The notes below the pieces were generated by a model. The model was given only the letters and a program-made list of their open reading frames with translations, was not told the origin of the DNA and searched no databases. This document shows, piece after piece, positions 26,933 through 39,837 of a stretch of 64,000 bases of DNA. This stretch comes from Girardia tigrina (taxonomy: Eukaryota). Where the stretch lies: the NCBI GenBank assembly GCA_001938485.1, contig MQRK01237686.1:1-64000 (forward strand), read 5' to 3'. How positions within the stretch are numbered: position 1 is the first letter of the stretch; each line of letters opens with the position of its first letter. Position numbers and translations under genes: made by a program.

Positions 26933-29021
26933 CTTTCTTACAATTATATTTACGAGCACGGTTTTTGTCTTTTGAAGAAACGAAAAATGCTTTCGATCAG
27001 TGTTTCGAGATCGATTGACAAGAAAACACTGTAAAGGAAACCATTAAAAAATTTTAAAAATAATGAAAAATTTGGTTCAAATATGTCTCAATTGAGTGAT
27101 TTAAATTTCATCCAAAATTTGAAAGATTATCAGGCTTCTCTCAATGCTTTTATATAGGTTCTGAGGTTCGAAAAATCATGAAAAAAGGTTTCATTTTTTC
27201 GTTGACTGTGTACAATGACGATTGTGACTTTGAATTATCACCTAACATTTGAATAGGCATTTTAAATATCTAAAAAATCAGTCGATGAAGTTTTTTTATG
27301 TTGAAATTCTTTTATCTGCTTAAAATTTTCAATAAAACTTTTGAAACTAACAAATGTATAATTTCTGTCGTTTGTAAATTTGTTCAAGAGTTCGAAGCCT
27401 TCAGTACTTCTTCATGTGATGAAATGGAATCTTTGATTATTCTCATGAAGTCAGAAAGGAATATGATGAAAGCCCTTTCACATTTATGATATATTTGTCT
27501 AAAATATGTGTTTGTTTGTCGGTTACGCTATGACCAAAATGTGAAATTACAGAGGAACCCAAGCAAATCCACGTAAGGATGTGGTTAATCTAGATAGCCT
27601 GCATCGAGACGATTCTGTCTTAGTAGTACCGTCGCCGAAAGGCTCTGGGAGCCAAACTTAATTGACAGAATGTTAAATAAACACAGAATTCGAAATAATA
27701 AATTATAATAATTACGATATAAAAATTAAATCAGAAACTTTCAAAGACGAAAATTTATCTCACCCATAATATATGACGGGTATTTTTTTAGTAACTATAT
27801 ATTTCCCATAGATGTTCCACAACCAGGAAGCTCCACCATCGATTCAGCCACGCAACTACGCCAGTTATAATATCAGATATAATTCAGATTATCAACGCAC
27901 ACTTTAGAAGTAAAACCGAAAATATTGCTGTAAGAGGTATTTAAATAATTTTTGAGTCACTATAAAAAGGTATAGAATCATGAGGGAAATACTTAAAATG
28001 AAATAAAAGAGATTGAAAAAATTTTCTCATTTCATTTTCGTTACCTACTTCTGGAATGGTATTGCCGGTCTGCTTATATTAGGTTGGCGATTTATTGAGT
28101 ACGTCACGCACATCATACTTATAATTTATTATTTTGTATATATTTATTTTAATCGATGTCCCTAAGTAACTTTAGTAAATAATTTCTGTAGACAAACGCT
28201 GTATCAAAAGCAAAACTAAAACTCATTAACAATCGGTTGTCCGTATTATATTTCCTCTGAAAGAAGCGTCGTAAGGATCGTCCATAATTATTGAGTTTAA
28301 CAGTTTTATTTAATTTCACATTAACTTATTTCAATATTTCCACTAATATAAAACGTTCAAGTAAATCTAATTATTCGATGCCTCTGGTCGGCTGCTTAAA
28401 TTTTCGGTAGCTTTCTCTAATGTTTTACTGTTTTGTTGAATTTCGTTTTAATGTTGCATTGCCCGTCTTCTTGATCGCATCAGAGACAGAAGGAACATCA
28501 TTAGCAAAATAATGATCTGATCATTATAAAGGTTAAAATTTACCGAATCGATCAATTTGTGCACTTAGTTTTGATTCGTAACTTTCAGAAAAATTTATTT
28601 AGATTTATTTATTTATACTTTTTAAAGTTATTCATAAGTTAATAAAAAAAGATTTTAGTTTTTCATCAAAATTATTTTGAGTTTTCCTTTTAATTTTTAA
28701 GTAACATAATATAACATAACACATTTGTGGAGCTCCTGATGATTTTAATGAAATACTATTTAAAATGGTGATAGAAATATGTTCCGCCCGACACTCAGGT
28801 TGCCCCGAGAATCGGACGGAGGTAACAGGGTTGCGCAGGGAACCTTTCTCGATGTGCTGGACCCATTTTAATTTGATCCGACTAATGGGATTATTCATAT
28901 TGGGATTCTCCAATCTCATACAAATGGCAATTAATGATCCTTTGGAATTGACCAATCGATTGATCATTTCGTGAGGAAGCGCAAATGAAATATCGAAATC
29001 TTGAAACAAAAATGTCTCGTA

Positions 29022-29110
29022 TTGCAAGAGTGCCAGACACAGTTGTTCGAGGGCCGACAATTGCATTTCTTCAGCACCACCTCGAAGCCAATTTAATAGC
29101 AAATAAGACA
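29022..29110 (-). pseudogene. HECTD1: HECTD1-like extreme N-terminus fragment at the start of ORF 28632-29132
   Basis: LLNWLRGGAEEMQLSALEQLCLALL matches HECTD1 LLEWL...DMQLIALEQLCMLLL. Similarity is not seen further on. Confidence 0.55.
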
Positions 29111-30199
29111 AAGGAATCGATTTTATTTTCAAATTTTCATCTTTAATCTCATTTAATCTAATAAAACAAATTCATCTTTTTCACATAATCCAATATATTT
29201 CTTAATAAAAAATAATTTTAATAAGAATAGTTTTATCAAATAATAGTTTTTTCCAATCTTTTCACATAAACCCACAAATTCATTTTTATTAAAAACACAA
29301 TCAGAATGACAAAAAAGGTTTTTTTTCTCAGTTTTTTAAAGGCAAATGAGGAAAGCGCAGGATCCATTCAATATATATATATATATAGATAATTACTTAA
29401 TTTGTAATATCAATAAATAAAAATAATTGAATCCCGAACAAAATATTTTATTTGAAAGTGACTAAAAAATTACTGCTAAAATATCAATTAAAATTACAAA
29501 ATGAAGTACTTTGTTTATAAATAAAAAGTGCAAGATTTTGTTTGAATTTATTTATTTGTGATTAACTGTAGAAGAACGAGGGCAAATGTTTAAAAACTAT
29601 TGATAAAAATACATAATTGCTTCAAAAAAGATTTTTTATTTTAAAAATGAAACAAGTGATTTGGAACCAACGTGAATATAACGAACTGTTTTTCGGGGCT
29701 CACACAAACCATCGTGAACGCATTTATGAACTCAAGGTGAGGCTGAATGGAATGGTTAACTCGGGATATCCGTTTGAGACATCCTCTACCAATCAAAATA
29801 AAAGGCTTTGTTAGTCAAGGCGGAATTCAGTAATCAATACAAGAATCAGGAAGCGCCGCTGTCAAATAGGAGCTCCATTTGTGTGGGAGTCATCAAAGCT
29901 CCGGGCTGGTCCCTTGAGAGCAGAACGACTGTGAAAATGATTAGATTTCCGGCTGATAGAACCCTCCACATTTGAGTAGCCCGAAACGGAGCTGCCTCGA
30001 GTTACAGGCCGGACCACAACATAAATAATTTTTTCGTTATATAATTTTTTAAATAGTTATATTTTATGTTTAACATATACTAAACATTGGTTGGTATAAA
30101 AGACATTGTCAATATTAAAAACACTAATTTGATTTTCGAAATTTTTATTATTATTACAAGTTGATTTTTCCTCAGGACAATTAGTAACAAAACGTTCCA

Positions 30200-30830
30200 A
30201 GGTTTCAGTGAAGGTAGTAAAGACTGCTTATATGATGTACAGAACGTGTGAAGTCTTTTGTGTTAAGCGATCACTGATTATATTTGCAACAGATTGCTGA
30301 TTAAATATTTTTTGAAAATCCTCTTTGCATATTACTTTTACAAAACATGTAAGCTTTGGAAATTTCTGGGTAAAACTTGTCGCAAAGTTTCAATTACTTG
30401 ACCAAATGAAAAAATGATCAAATACTGCATCCACTAGAAAAACTTCTTCCTAAGTTCTGGTTTTCTTGAAAGGATTTTGCTCACGCTTCTACGAGAACAA
30501 CATTGATCTGAAATCACAAAGCACGAAATGAAAGTTCTTATTTGCAAAGTAAGAAAATTATCGTAAAGCCAATCAAAAATAAATATCTTTATGTAGTCTT
30601 TTTCTCCTTCAAGGACAACTATTCAATGCTGTCTTCTACCTGGAGGTTCTCAAACTGTTGAGTAAACGTGTACATCGTCTGCAATCAAATTTGTGTGATG
30701 GTGACGTAGGACTTATGAATAATAACTATCCGTATATTCATTATGTGGTCATTGTCTAAAATATTTGGTCCGTACGTCCACGACAAGGCTAGATCTACCT
30801 CCATATTCACCAGAATTTCAGCGATTTAGT
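30200..30830 (+). mobile_element. Mariner transposase remnant
   Basis: NAVFYLEVLKLLSKRVHR and LPPYSPE motifs, many stops. Confidence 0.65.
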
Positions 30831-33800
30831 AATTCCAAAGGATCATGGGCAGCCAGATTAGAAAACGATACCGTGTTTCTCGAAATATAAGACATTGTCT
30901 TATATTAATTTTAATGGTAAAATTACAAGTAGGTCTTACACCAGCATATTCTCTTATCGTCTTATATAAATATTCTCAAAAAAAGTCTTTAAATTTTGGA
31001 CTAGATCTTATACGGAGGTATTTTTTATATTTGGAGAAACACGGTAAAAAATAAGATAGGTAAAGAACGTCTGATGACTTCCATGGGGGTTTTGAACAAT
31101 AGAATTTGAATGGGACAAGTGTGAAGGTCAAAAATAAATAACAATAATAATTTAAACATAATAAACAATAGTAAAATAATAAAAATAACAAATATATTTT
31201 GTGATAACTCATAATTAAATTTAATTAAATAAAATTTAATATGATAAAAAGGTTTTAATTATTAACAAAATATTAATAATTTATTAAAAAATAAATTTTC
31301 GATACTTTTATCCTTTAAATATTTTGACTTATTTTATATTTAATATTTTTTTATAAAACCAAAGATGAAAAAGGACGATTAATGATTTTAATTAATTTTT
31401 TCTTTTTATTTTTTTTAAATATTTAAATATTTTTTTTAATTTTATCAAAAATATTGCGACAAATAAATTGTGAAAAAGTAATAGAAAAATTCTTCAACCA
31501 TGACTAAAATTAAAATTTAATTAAATTTATTCTTTAATTATTTTTTTTTCCATTATAAAAAAACAAACTCCAAACAATTTCTCTTACTGATATTTTTAAA
31601 ATTTTTCACTGACAATTAAATGATTAATTATTAAATTGTTTGAGTCAGATTAAAAATTATTAATAATTTTACTTTATGCAAAATAAAAAAAAAGTTTTTA
31701 AAAATAAAAATTGAATTAAAAAAAATTTTCTTTTATTGAAAAATAAGTGTTAGTATTTCTTGAATAATTATTAATTTAATTATTTTTAAAAAATTTTAAA
31801 AATATATAATGAATTATTATTTTAAATGTATTAGTCATTAGTTAAGTACCGGGGATACGATATTAAATAATTAATGGAAATCCCTTTTAGGAATGGAAGG
31901 AGTCCTTAGGGTCTAAATCTCTCATTCCCGAGCCGTTATCCTTGTGATCCACATAAAATCACGAGATCCAAAATAATTTATAGACTTACAAAATATTTAT
32001 TTATTATTCAGATTTATCGAAAATATATCAAAAAATAAAGAGTAGTGCAATTATAATTTTTTGGAACCCCTTCGCAACAAAATTTAACACAAAAAGGTCT
32101 TTGAGATTATTTGTATCTTTAGGCATTGAATTCTTTAGTAATTTGCACCCTTCAGAGTACGAAGCTTTATGTATATTCCGATTTGAAAATTTTACAATTT
32201 TAAGACTTTTCTGAATTTCATCCTCCACGTTTTCATTCACAGGTAAATAAATTGTCTCATTAAGACTGAGCATACTTAATTTTTCAGTAACAAAACTTAT
32301 TTTTCTCAATAAAAAGATTTGGAATATCGAAGTTTCTGTATTCAATATGTTTTCTTTACATAGATATTTTTTCATTCTTTAAATAATTTTAAATCATTGT
32401 ATATAAATCGATTCACTCGTTACAACCTCCTCCAACCGATATACGTTTCTGGTAAAATACACTAGATCTTCCAAAATGATTTCTCTCTAATATTCATATT
32501 CTCAGTCGTCAAAGTAGTTTCTGATTGTTTCTCAGGTAAATTGTATGTCTCATCAACTAAGGACAATTTACCCACGAAACAATCTCGATGAATTTAGTTT
32601 TCTTCTCTTGTTTTCTCGACAGAAACTTTAGAATCCTCCATTTTCATAAATTTGTGTTGTAAATTTTCTAAATCTGTTTCGACAGAACACAGAGTCTAAA
32701 TAAGTCTTAAACTGAATTAGGTTACGATATCGGTACCCTTCCAATGCTAGTCCATAGGTAATTCCTGTGACTGAATTATTTTCCTTTTATTATTACTTTA
32801 TTTATTTAATAAAATTGAAGATAGTTCTCTCTGATCAGTACTTCAACTTCTGATCTATTCTCGATTATCAGGAAATTAATATCTATCAAATGTTCTCAAT
32901 TCTTTGAAGCGTTTATTTAGTCACATATTATATTTCAAATCAAGATTCCCTCTATGACATTTGCGTGGAATTTATTACGGAAACGAAGTAAGTAGTCAAA
33001 GATCGTCACTAACTCGTCTACGCAATCTCGTAATTTTTAAAATAAAAGAGACGTATCAACTATAAAAATTATAATTATATATGTAACTATTAACGGATGA
33101 TAACAAGGAAGCGAAAGGAGTTATTTGATCACAAAAGAATGGAAATATCGAGAGTATTAACAAGAGTCAAATAGATCTGTCACTAAAAAAATAAACCGTT
33201 CACTTCAAATTGAGATTCCGACAAATTAGTTTTTATTTGATAGGCTAGCCAATGTTTTGATGATGAATCAAAACGAAATTCTGGTGAAATGTCAAATATT
33301 GTAATTACAATTGCGAACAATAATCTTTTGATTGAATTATTTAAACTATTATTAATATCTAATATTGCTAATAGCAATATTTATTTATTTATCATTATTA
33401 TAGTCAGTTTCCTGACTATAACGGAAATAAAATAAAATTCATTTCCAACATAAAAGAAAAAAGGTTCCCCCCTTTATTTTCTTGACAAACTCGATTTCAC
33501 TTTCACCTCTCCATTGCTTTTTTTTCCAAATTAAAAATTCAAAAATTCTTTACGAGTTAAAATCGAGATTACGATAATCACTCCAAATCGGAGTTCGTTA
33601 CACATGATTTTCCATCTAATTCGCTTCAATAAAAAAATAAAATAAAACTAAACAAATATTAAAATATTGGAGATCACATATCCAAAAATGAGAATCAAGC
33701 AGGTAAAAAAATAATAATGAGCAAAATGCGACGCACACAAACATCATTAAACACAATTCTCCTGAATCACAAATCATACAACGCACGCGACATTAAACTG

Positions 33801-34531
33801 GTAAACAACAGGCATTCTCATTAGGTGGTCAGAATTCTGTGTGACTGTACATCTTCTAAACAAGGACACACTCCTGATTCAAGGTCCACAATAGTGCAGA
33901 GAAAAAACCAAAGTCCGCAACAGAATTCTTTGCAAATCTCTCTTGAAATGCTTTGTAATTTAATCTTTATTGGTTTTATTTTAATTTGTCTTTAAACTCC
34001 ACAAATTGTATCCAGTGGTATAGTTCTTTCTTTTACTTTGATTCCTAATTCAGAAAAGAACGCATTACTGATATAACGTGCTGTACTTGCATCATCAAGT
34101 GACACCTTCACTAAAATATTTGAATTTTTGGAATTGATATACATCCCCCCAATGTTTTACTTTACAACCATCATTTCGATAAAAACTCTGCTTCAGACAT
34201 TATTTTAAGGTATTACCTTTTCTGAGAGAGTTAAAGCATAATCATTTTCTTACAGTACTCTTTTTGTTCACATTCATATTTAAAACATCTTTGTATCTTT
34301 CTAAATTAAGATTTTGTTTGCAAAGAAAAGATTTAATCTTTTATGAGCTATTTTGATATCTTTGATTTCAAAATTGGAATTACCTAATTGATCTTTTGCG
34401 ATTGGCGTTTTTTATACTTATCTATTCCGACTAAACGTTTTTTGGATCGTCTTCTCAGATCTGTTTCTACTTTCCGAAAATCTAAGGATGGCAGAATTAC
34501 GGGATATCTACCTTCAATAATCCATTGTACT

Positions 34532-35666
34532 TGTGAGAGGTTTTTGTACCATCAATTTCAGAAATCATTTTTTACTCAATTTATACATTTTAATTTATAC
34601 AATTTATAAACAATTTTCAAACAAATATTTCAACTATTTTCTTAATTTAATAATCAATCCGCCGATCTCTATTTTCAAATAATTTTTCATTTTTTAAAAT
34701 TTTATTCAAATCAAAATAATATTTCGATTTTTATTTTTAAAATTTTAATAAAAATATTTATGATAATTATTATTTCAACGTATACTTAATATTTTGTTAA
34801 TTTTAATCCTTTTATACTGTTTTTTTATCATTTTGATTTTCAATTGAAATATTTTATGATGTTTTTAATTTTGGATTTTAAACAAACATTTTATAATATT
34901 TTTAAAATTTTTAAAATTACCTTATATTTAATAGTCAATTTTTTATATGTTAAATATTGAATTTTTGAAAAATAAATTTTTACAAATATTAATAAATTTT
35001 TGACTAGAATTAATATTAATCGTTTGCCATCGCTCTAATTGGTTTTCTTATTTCTGTTTTTAATCATGATTATTCGAACAATTTTTCTAAATTATTTTTT
35101 AAAATATTTAACCTCTAAAAAATATTAATTAAAAATATTAATTTTTACCATTTTTTAATAAATCCCAAAATAATTAAAATGACATCAAATTATTAAAAAT
35201 GCATTTAATTTAAATTTTACTAAAAATTATTAAACTTAATTTTAATTCTGAAATTAAAAATATGAACTTATAAAATGATTATCCTAATTATGTTCTAATA
35301 GTCAATCACTTTAAATTTAATAAAAAAATACCAATTTCCATCTGGGTGGGAGAATCACCATTCTAAATTCAACATACTTAAATCAACATACAGCATTAAT
35401 ACATTTACACATTCAAACAATTTAAAATATTCCTCACACAATTTTGACTAAAATTTTTAATTTTAAAACTATTTAATCAGATATGTTTTCATGAACTCAT
35501 ATTTATACTAAAATAATATTTTAATTCAAATTAATTTGTAAAGAATATTTTCAAATTCAATTTTAAAATATTTAAGTATCATTTTAAGTATTAATTTTTA
35601 TAATTTAAATTTATTTAACTTATTTAAATTCCAATCAGCAAATTGAAAATTAACTAACTCCTCATA
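34532..35666 (-). mobile_element. Solo-LTR-like element (subfamily C) containing a nested subfamily-A copy
   Basis: Ends tgtgagagg...actaactcctcata (as at 24371 and 58047). Flanks gtact/gtatc. ATG at 34568 gives MISEIDGTKTSH +1 nt. Confidence 0.7.
35019..35438 (-). mobile_element. 3'-truncated subfamily-A LTR, near-identical to 19046-19463
   Basis: About 420 bp of nearly base-for-base identity; lacks the terminal 82 nt. Confidence 0.9.
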
Positions 35667-36699
35667 GTATCAAAATCCATTTTCTTACTCGAAGCATCGA
35701 ATTTGTCTTTTTAATTTTAAAATTACTTCTTCGATGAGCTTGATAAAACTTTTCATTTCTTTGATATCGTCTCTTTTGATTTGTCTTAATTATCTAATTT
35801 ATTCTATTAGTACATTCTGTACTTTCCACGTATCTCTCTTGCAATCTTCTAAGGAGAGTTTATAAGCGTCATGACAAAACTCAAAAGTCTCAATCAACTG
35901 TAAACATTTTCTCACAAAAGATTGTCTCAAACAGAAAAGTTTCTCCTTATTTTAAGCATCTGTACCTTACTTTGAATGTCGTTCTTAAATTTTCGAAATC
36001 TTTTACAGATCATTCAAAGATCGGTACATTTAGTGGGCTGAACATGTTTAACTCTCTCTTATGATTAATTTCCAAAAAAGGTTTGAGATAAGAAGTTTAG
36101 ACACTTCCGTCTACAGCAAATCTCAATATTCTTCATAATTCTCTTTGATAGTTTGCAAATCTTTGTCTCATTCTAAGACATCCTCGTTTAAAATATTCTT
36201 TTGTCCATACTATTTTGCTTTTTCAATATAATTACCATTTTCGACCAAAATATTTAACAATTAATCGTTATTTTATTTTATATTTAAACTATATTACACA
36301 TACATAATACATTTATTAAGAGGTAAGTTTCCAATTTATTAATTTCGTAGATTTTACAATGTTTATTTATTATAATCAAAAGTGGTTTGGTCAATAAAAA
36401 GAAGAAGAAGGAATTGATAATCGTGGGTCACAGTTCGACAACCTCTAATTTATATAATATATAAAACATTATATTTATTTTAATTGTCCATTTCACAACA
36501 TGTCTGCGAACATAATTTAGTTGTATCAGCAGAGAATTAATAATAATTAGAAAGTTTATATGTCTGTCTTTGTGTCCTTTACAGAAATATAAATATTTTG
36601 CTCCTTTAAACCTATTTCTTACTGAATTATTATTTATATTGCTATAAATGACATTTATTTTCACTATTGATTGTATTATTATTAATCTCTTATCATCAA

Positions 36700-37140
36700 T
36701 CTCTTCCTCTAATATTAAACACTATTTAAAATGCGAAATACCTTTGTATCACATAGGAGAGACATCAAGTCATCTCTATAGGATAATCCAGGAACACAGT
36801 CGTAATGAAAGGGAAGTAACATTGCAGGACATATAAGATTTTGTTAAGGAGACTTAATTTCACAACACTTTTGAATTCTGTACATTCATTTTATAAATTG
36901 TTTGGAAAGAATGACATGTGTAGCGTTATATATAAGATCTTTGGATCTTAAAATTTACGTTCCAACCGCATTCTCTACATCTTTGGTTGGAGATTTTAAA
37001 TGATGTACTGATGACACACTGATTATATTATTACCAACTGCACTGTAAAAGTAACTTTCCTTTGAAAAAGATTTTTGTTCTGACGAGGACGGTAAACCGT
37101 CGAAATTAATAAACTTTAGTTTTCTTCAAAGTTATTTTCA
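36700..37140 (+). mobile_element. Penelope-like element 3' end (GIY-YIG remnant and pseudo-LTR)
   Basis: YLKC...HIGETSSHLYRIIQEH followed by a hammerhead motif. Confidence 0.7.
37077..37114 (+). ncRNA. Minimal type I hammerhead ribozyme
   Basis: GUU CUGACGA G GACGG-UAAA-CCGUC GAAA UUAA UA/AAC: intact core, 5-bp stem II, palindromic UUAA, 3-bp stem I. Confidence 0.75.
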
Positions 37141-37255
37141 TTAAATTATATAATTTTTTAATTAATTATTTCATATTTGTAAATGCTATCATTATATACA
37201 AATAAACGTTGTCTTGTACTTGATCAGATATATTTGGACAAACGATTTGACCGTC

Positions 37256-37732
37256 CGTTCACATGTGAAGATTAGGAATTTGATATTTTTAACATTTTTA
37301 CGTAATACAAAAAATAACATATTTTTAAACAAGTAATAAGGAAAAAATTTCCGAGGAACACTTTTCATTTTTTTCCGGAAACAAATTAGTTATAGACAAA
37401 AATTATGAATTTTAAATATAGAAAAATTATTTAATATTTCATTTAGTTTTAATTTTACGAATAAATTACTTCAAAATTTATTTTTATTCGATATTTTAAA
37501 TTATTTATTTCAATTTAAAAAACTATTTTTTAGTTCAAACATTATCAAAGTTACATTTTAAAATTTTAATTATCATTTTTTATTTATATTATTTTTTAAT
37601 AATTTTCCATATTTTTAATTTAAACATGTATATTAACTTATTTTTTTAATAGTAAAATTCTAATATTTTAATTTATAATGTTTTTGAAATTTAAATCAAA
37701 AATTTATGCGAGTGTATCCCCAGATCCTCATG
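37256..37732 (-). mobile_element. Solo-LTR-like element
   Basis: Perfect GC-rich TSD CCGTC (37251-37255/37733-37737). Minus-strand start catgagg. ATG at 37295 gives 13 codons +1 nt with one TAA. Confidence 0.75.
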
Positions 37733-38299
37733 CCGTCATTAATAGAGATAAAAAATAATCGCGAGTTTAATGGAGAAAGACTTTAACAAAATATAATTTT
37801 AGCAGATGTAAATGCAGAAAACAACACAAATTTTGAAATAAAGATAACACCCTAACAAATTCCTAAATTCTTTCATATTAAGAAGGATTTAAAAGAATAC
37901 CACAAACATTTAAACGATGAGAAATATTATTGAATTAATATTTATTGAGTGACACCTCTCCAAATTCTGATGGGAAACTTATAATTTATTTATTATGATA
38001 ATAAATAATTATAATTTTTATAATTTATATTAACCTTCAATTGATTTTTCTATTCAAATTTTGTTATTTTGAGCAAACCTTCTGAATGAAGAAAGATAAA
38101 TATGTCGTGTGAACTTTTGTCAGTTTGGTCAGTTTGGAGAGCTTGAGCTAAGGAATATTTACGTTACGAAGAAATTATTTTGTTGCCTCTGTTGTATGGG
38201 TGATGGCATATTTGTGAACAAAAATTCCTTGTGGTTCTAAATAAGTTTTTCAACCTTCTGGCTTCTTACGGCAGTTTTCCCAAGATCTTTTTCTCTGTG

Positions 38300-38906
38300 C
38301 GTTATTGTACATTATCCCCTTTTCATTCCCTGTTATCAGTTACTTGAAAAAAAGGCTTGATTTTATTTCTTTTTATCAAAGAATTACATGCGAAGACACC
38401 TCTGAGAGCACTTTTCTGGAAATTGGTGCGGTATTCATATATCAAGTCTTGAAACAAAACCAATATTGAAAAGGTGTTCATGAGCGGTGTTATTAGATAT
38501 ACCAAGCATTTTCATTCTTTGGTTATAAGTTATTATATGACTGATTTCAGCGTCGTTGACGGTCAGATCTTTCTTCATGTTCCACGTTAAATTTTAATTT
38601 GGAAAAGTTTGCAAACCATTTCCGAAATGTACTCTCTCCAAATGTATCATAACCATAAACTACTATTTTTCTTCCTTGTTTCAGAGTATTTTTTATTGTT
38701 AATATAAAAACTCATAACATGTCTTAATTGATGTTTATTTTCTTCCATTATAAATTAATAATCCATATAAAAACGATTTATTTTCAAATATAATGTATAT
38801 ATATATATATATAACAGATAAACAGGTCTAATCTTTAAGGAAATTAATAAAAATCATCTTTAAATTTTATATTACAAAACGTTACAAACTTTCCGAACAA
38901 CCAAAT
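38300..38906 (-). mobile_element. Mariner 5' half remnant
   Basis: MEENKHQLRHVM start and later W.PH-like motif. TIR-like tatttggttgttcggaaagtttg at about 38885-38906. Confidence 0.6.
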
Positions 38907-39423
38907 ATTTGTAAGGACTCACCAGAAAGAAGCGTTTTAATGCCAAAGTAAATGAAAAAAAATAAGAATTGGAGAGAATCATTAAGTGTTGTTTTACAGA
39001 TCATGATGATTAAGGCTTTTTAAAATATTTACAAATAATAACGAGAAGAAAAATTATATTAATTAAAGAAAAATTAAGAAAAAAATTTTTGATAGATAGG
39101 ATTTTGATAGGCAGATTTTGATACAATAACAAAAAAGATTTTAACAATATGTTTTTAATTTTTAATTTCTAAATTTATTTCACACAATATATATATATAT
39201 ATATATATTGAATAATGAAGAAGCAGAATCGATTTTAAAATTGAAAATAAGTTAAATTTGACAGTATAAATAAATAATGAATTATTAATTCAATAAGCAA
39301 TTGATTGATGAAACCTTGAGATTTATTACCCTTCCATGTAATAAATAAGAAATATTTTTGAAAATTTGATTAATTACCTTTATATATTTTCAAAGGTCTA
39401 GTTAATATCCTTAAATTTTATAA

Positions 39424-39461
<38 letters not shown>

Positions 39462-39472
39462 GTTATTATTAT

Positions 39473-39837
39473 TGTAGGAATGTTTAAAATGTATGATGTT
39501 GTGTGTTGATATAGGTTTGTGTCTCTCCTACCCAGATGACCAATTAATATTTTAATTCCAATAATCTAAAACTAATTTGATTTAAATTTGTATAACATTT
39601 TGTATAACATTTAAATTTACTTTAACTTATCATAATTGTGAAACTTTAAATAATTTTTAATAATAATATATTTTTTTAAAGATTTTTCAATTCTCATATA
39701 GGCTTAGATAATTGTATATAAATTATTAATTTTATATAATAATGTCTAAGAATGAAAGTTTCTCAATGTATTGTCTCAAGGATGATCCAAATTGTTTGTT
39801 TCTAATAACTCTTTGAATCAATGTGATTTCTCTTAAA
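39473..39837 (+). mobile_element. Solo-LTR-like element (subfamily A) inserted in a (TTA)n tract
   Basis: tgtaggaatg start, ctctcctacccagatg box, MSKNESFSMYCLKDD peptide then a frameshift. (tta)n on both sides. Confidence 0.8.

Larger units (their letters stand above)
33980..36240 (-). mobile_element. BEL/Pao LTR retrotransposon gag-protease remnant split by nested solo LTRs
   Basis: 36200-35670: VPIF...EKLFCLRQS...AY...LQERY (Pao gag/DUF1759-like). 34530-33980: LCFN..., VSLDDAST..YIS..FFSELGI (protease-like). Confidence 0.65.

Noticed and set aside
27298-27489. Possible nuclear-receptor ligand-binding-domain fragment (VVCKFVQEFEAF)
   Set aside because: Similarity too short and weak to support.
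31120-31840. Possible further solo LTR with a phase-matching 13-codon frame
   Set aside because: Second terminus and TSD (acaag/ttaag) not convincing; used only as weak support.
11837-39837. Subfamily-A conserved box read as an snRNA/spliced-leader gene or an integron/polydnavirus-like cassette junction
   Set aside because: Each complete copy lies inside a unit with its own distinct 5-bp TSD, and one unit cleanly interrupts a hAT ORF, which indicates independent transposition events.
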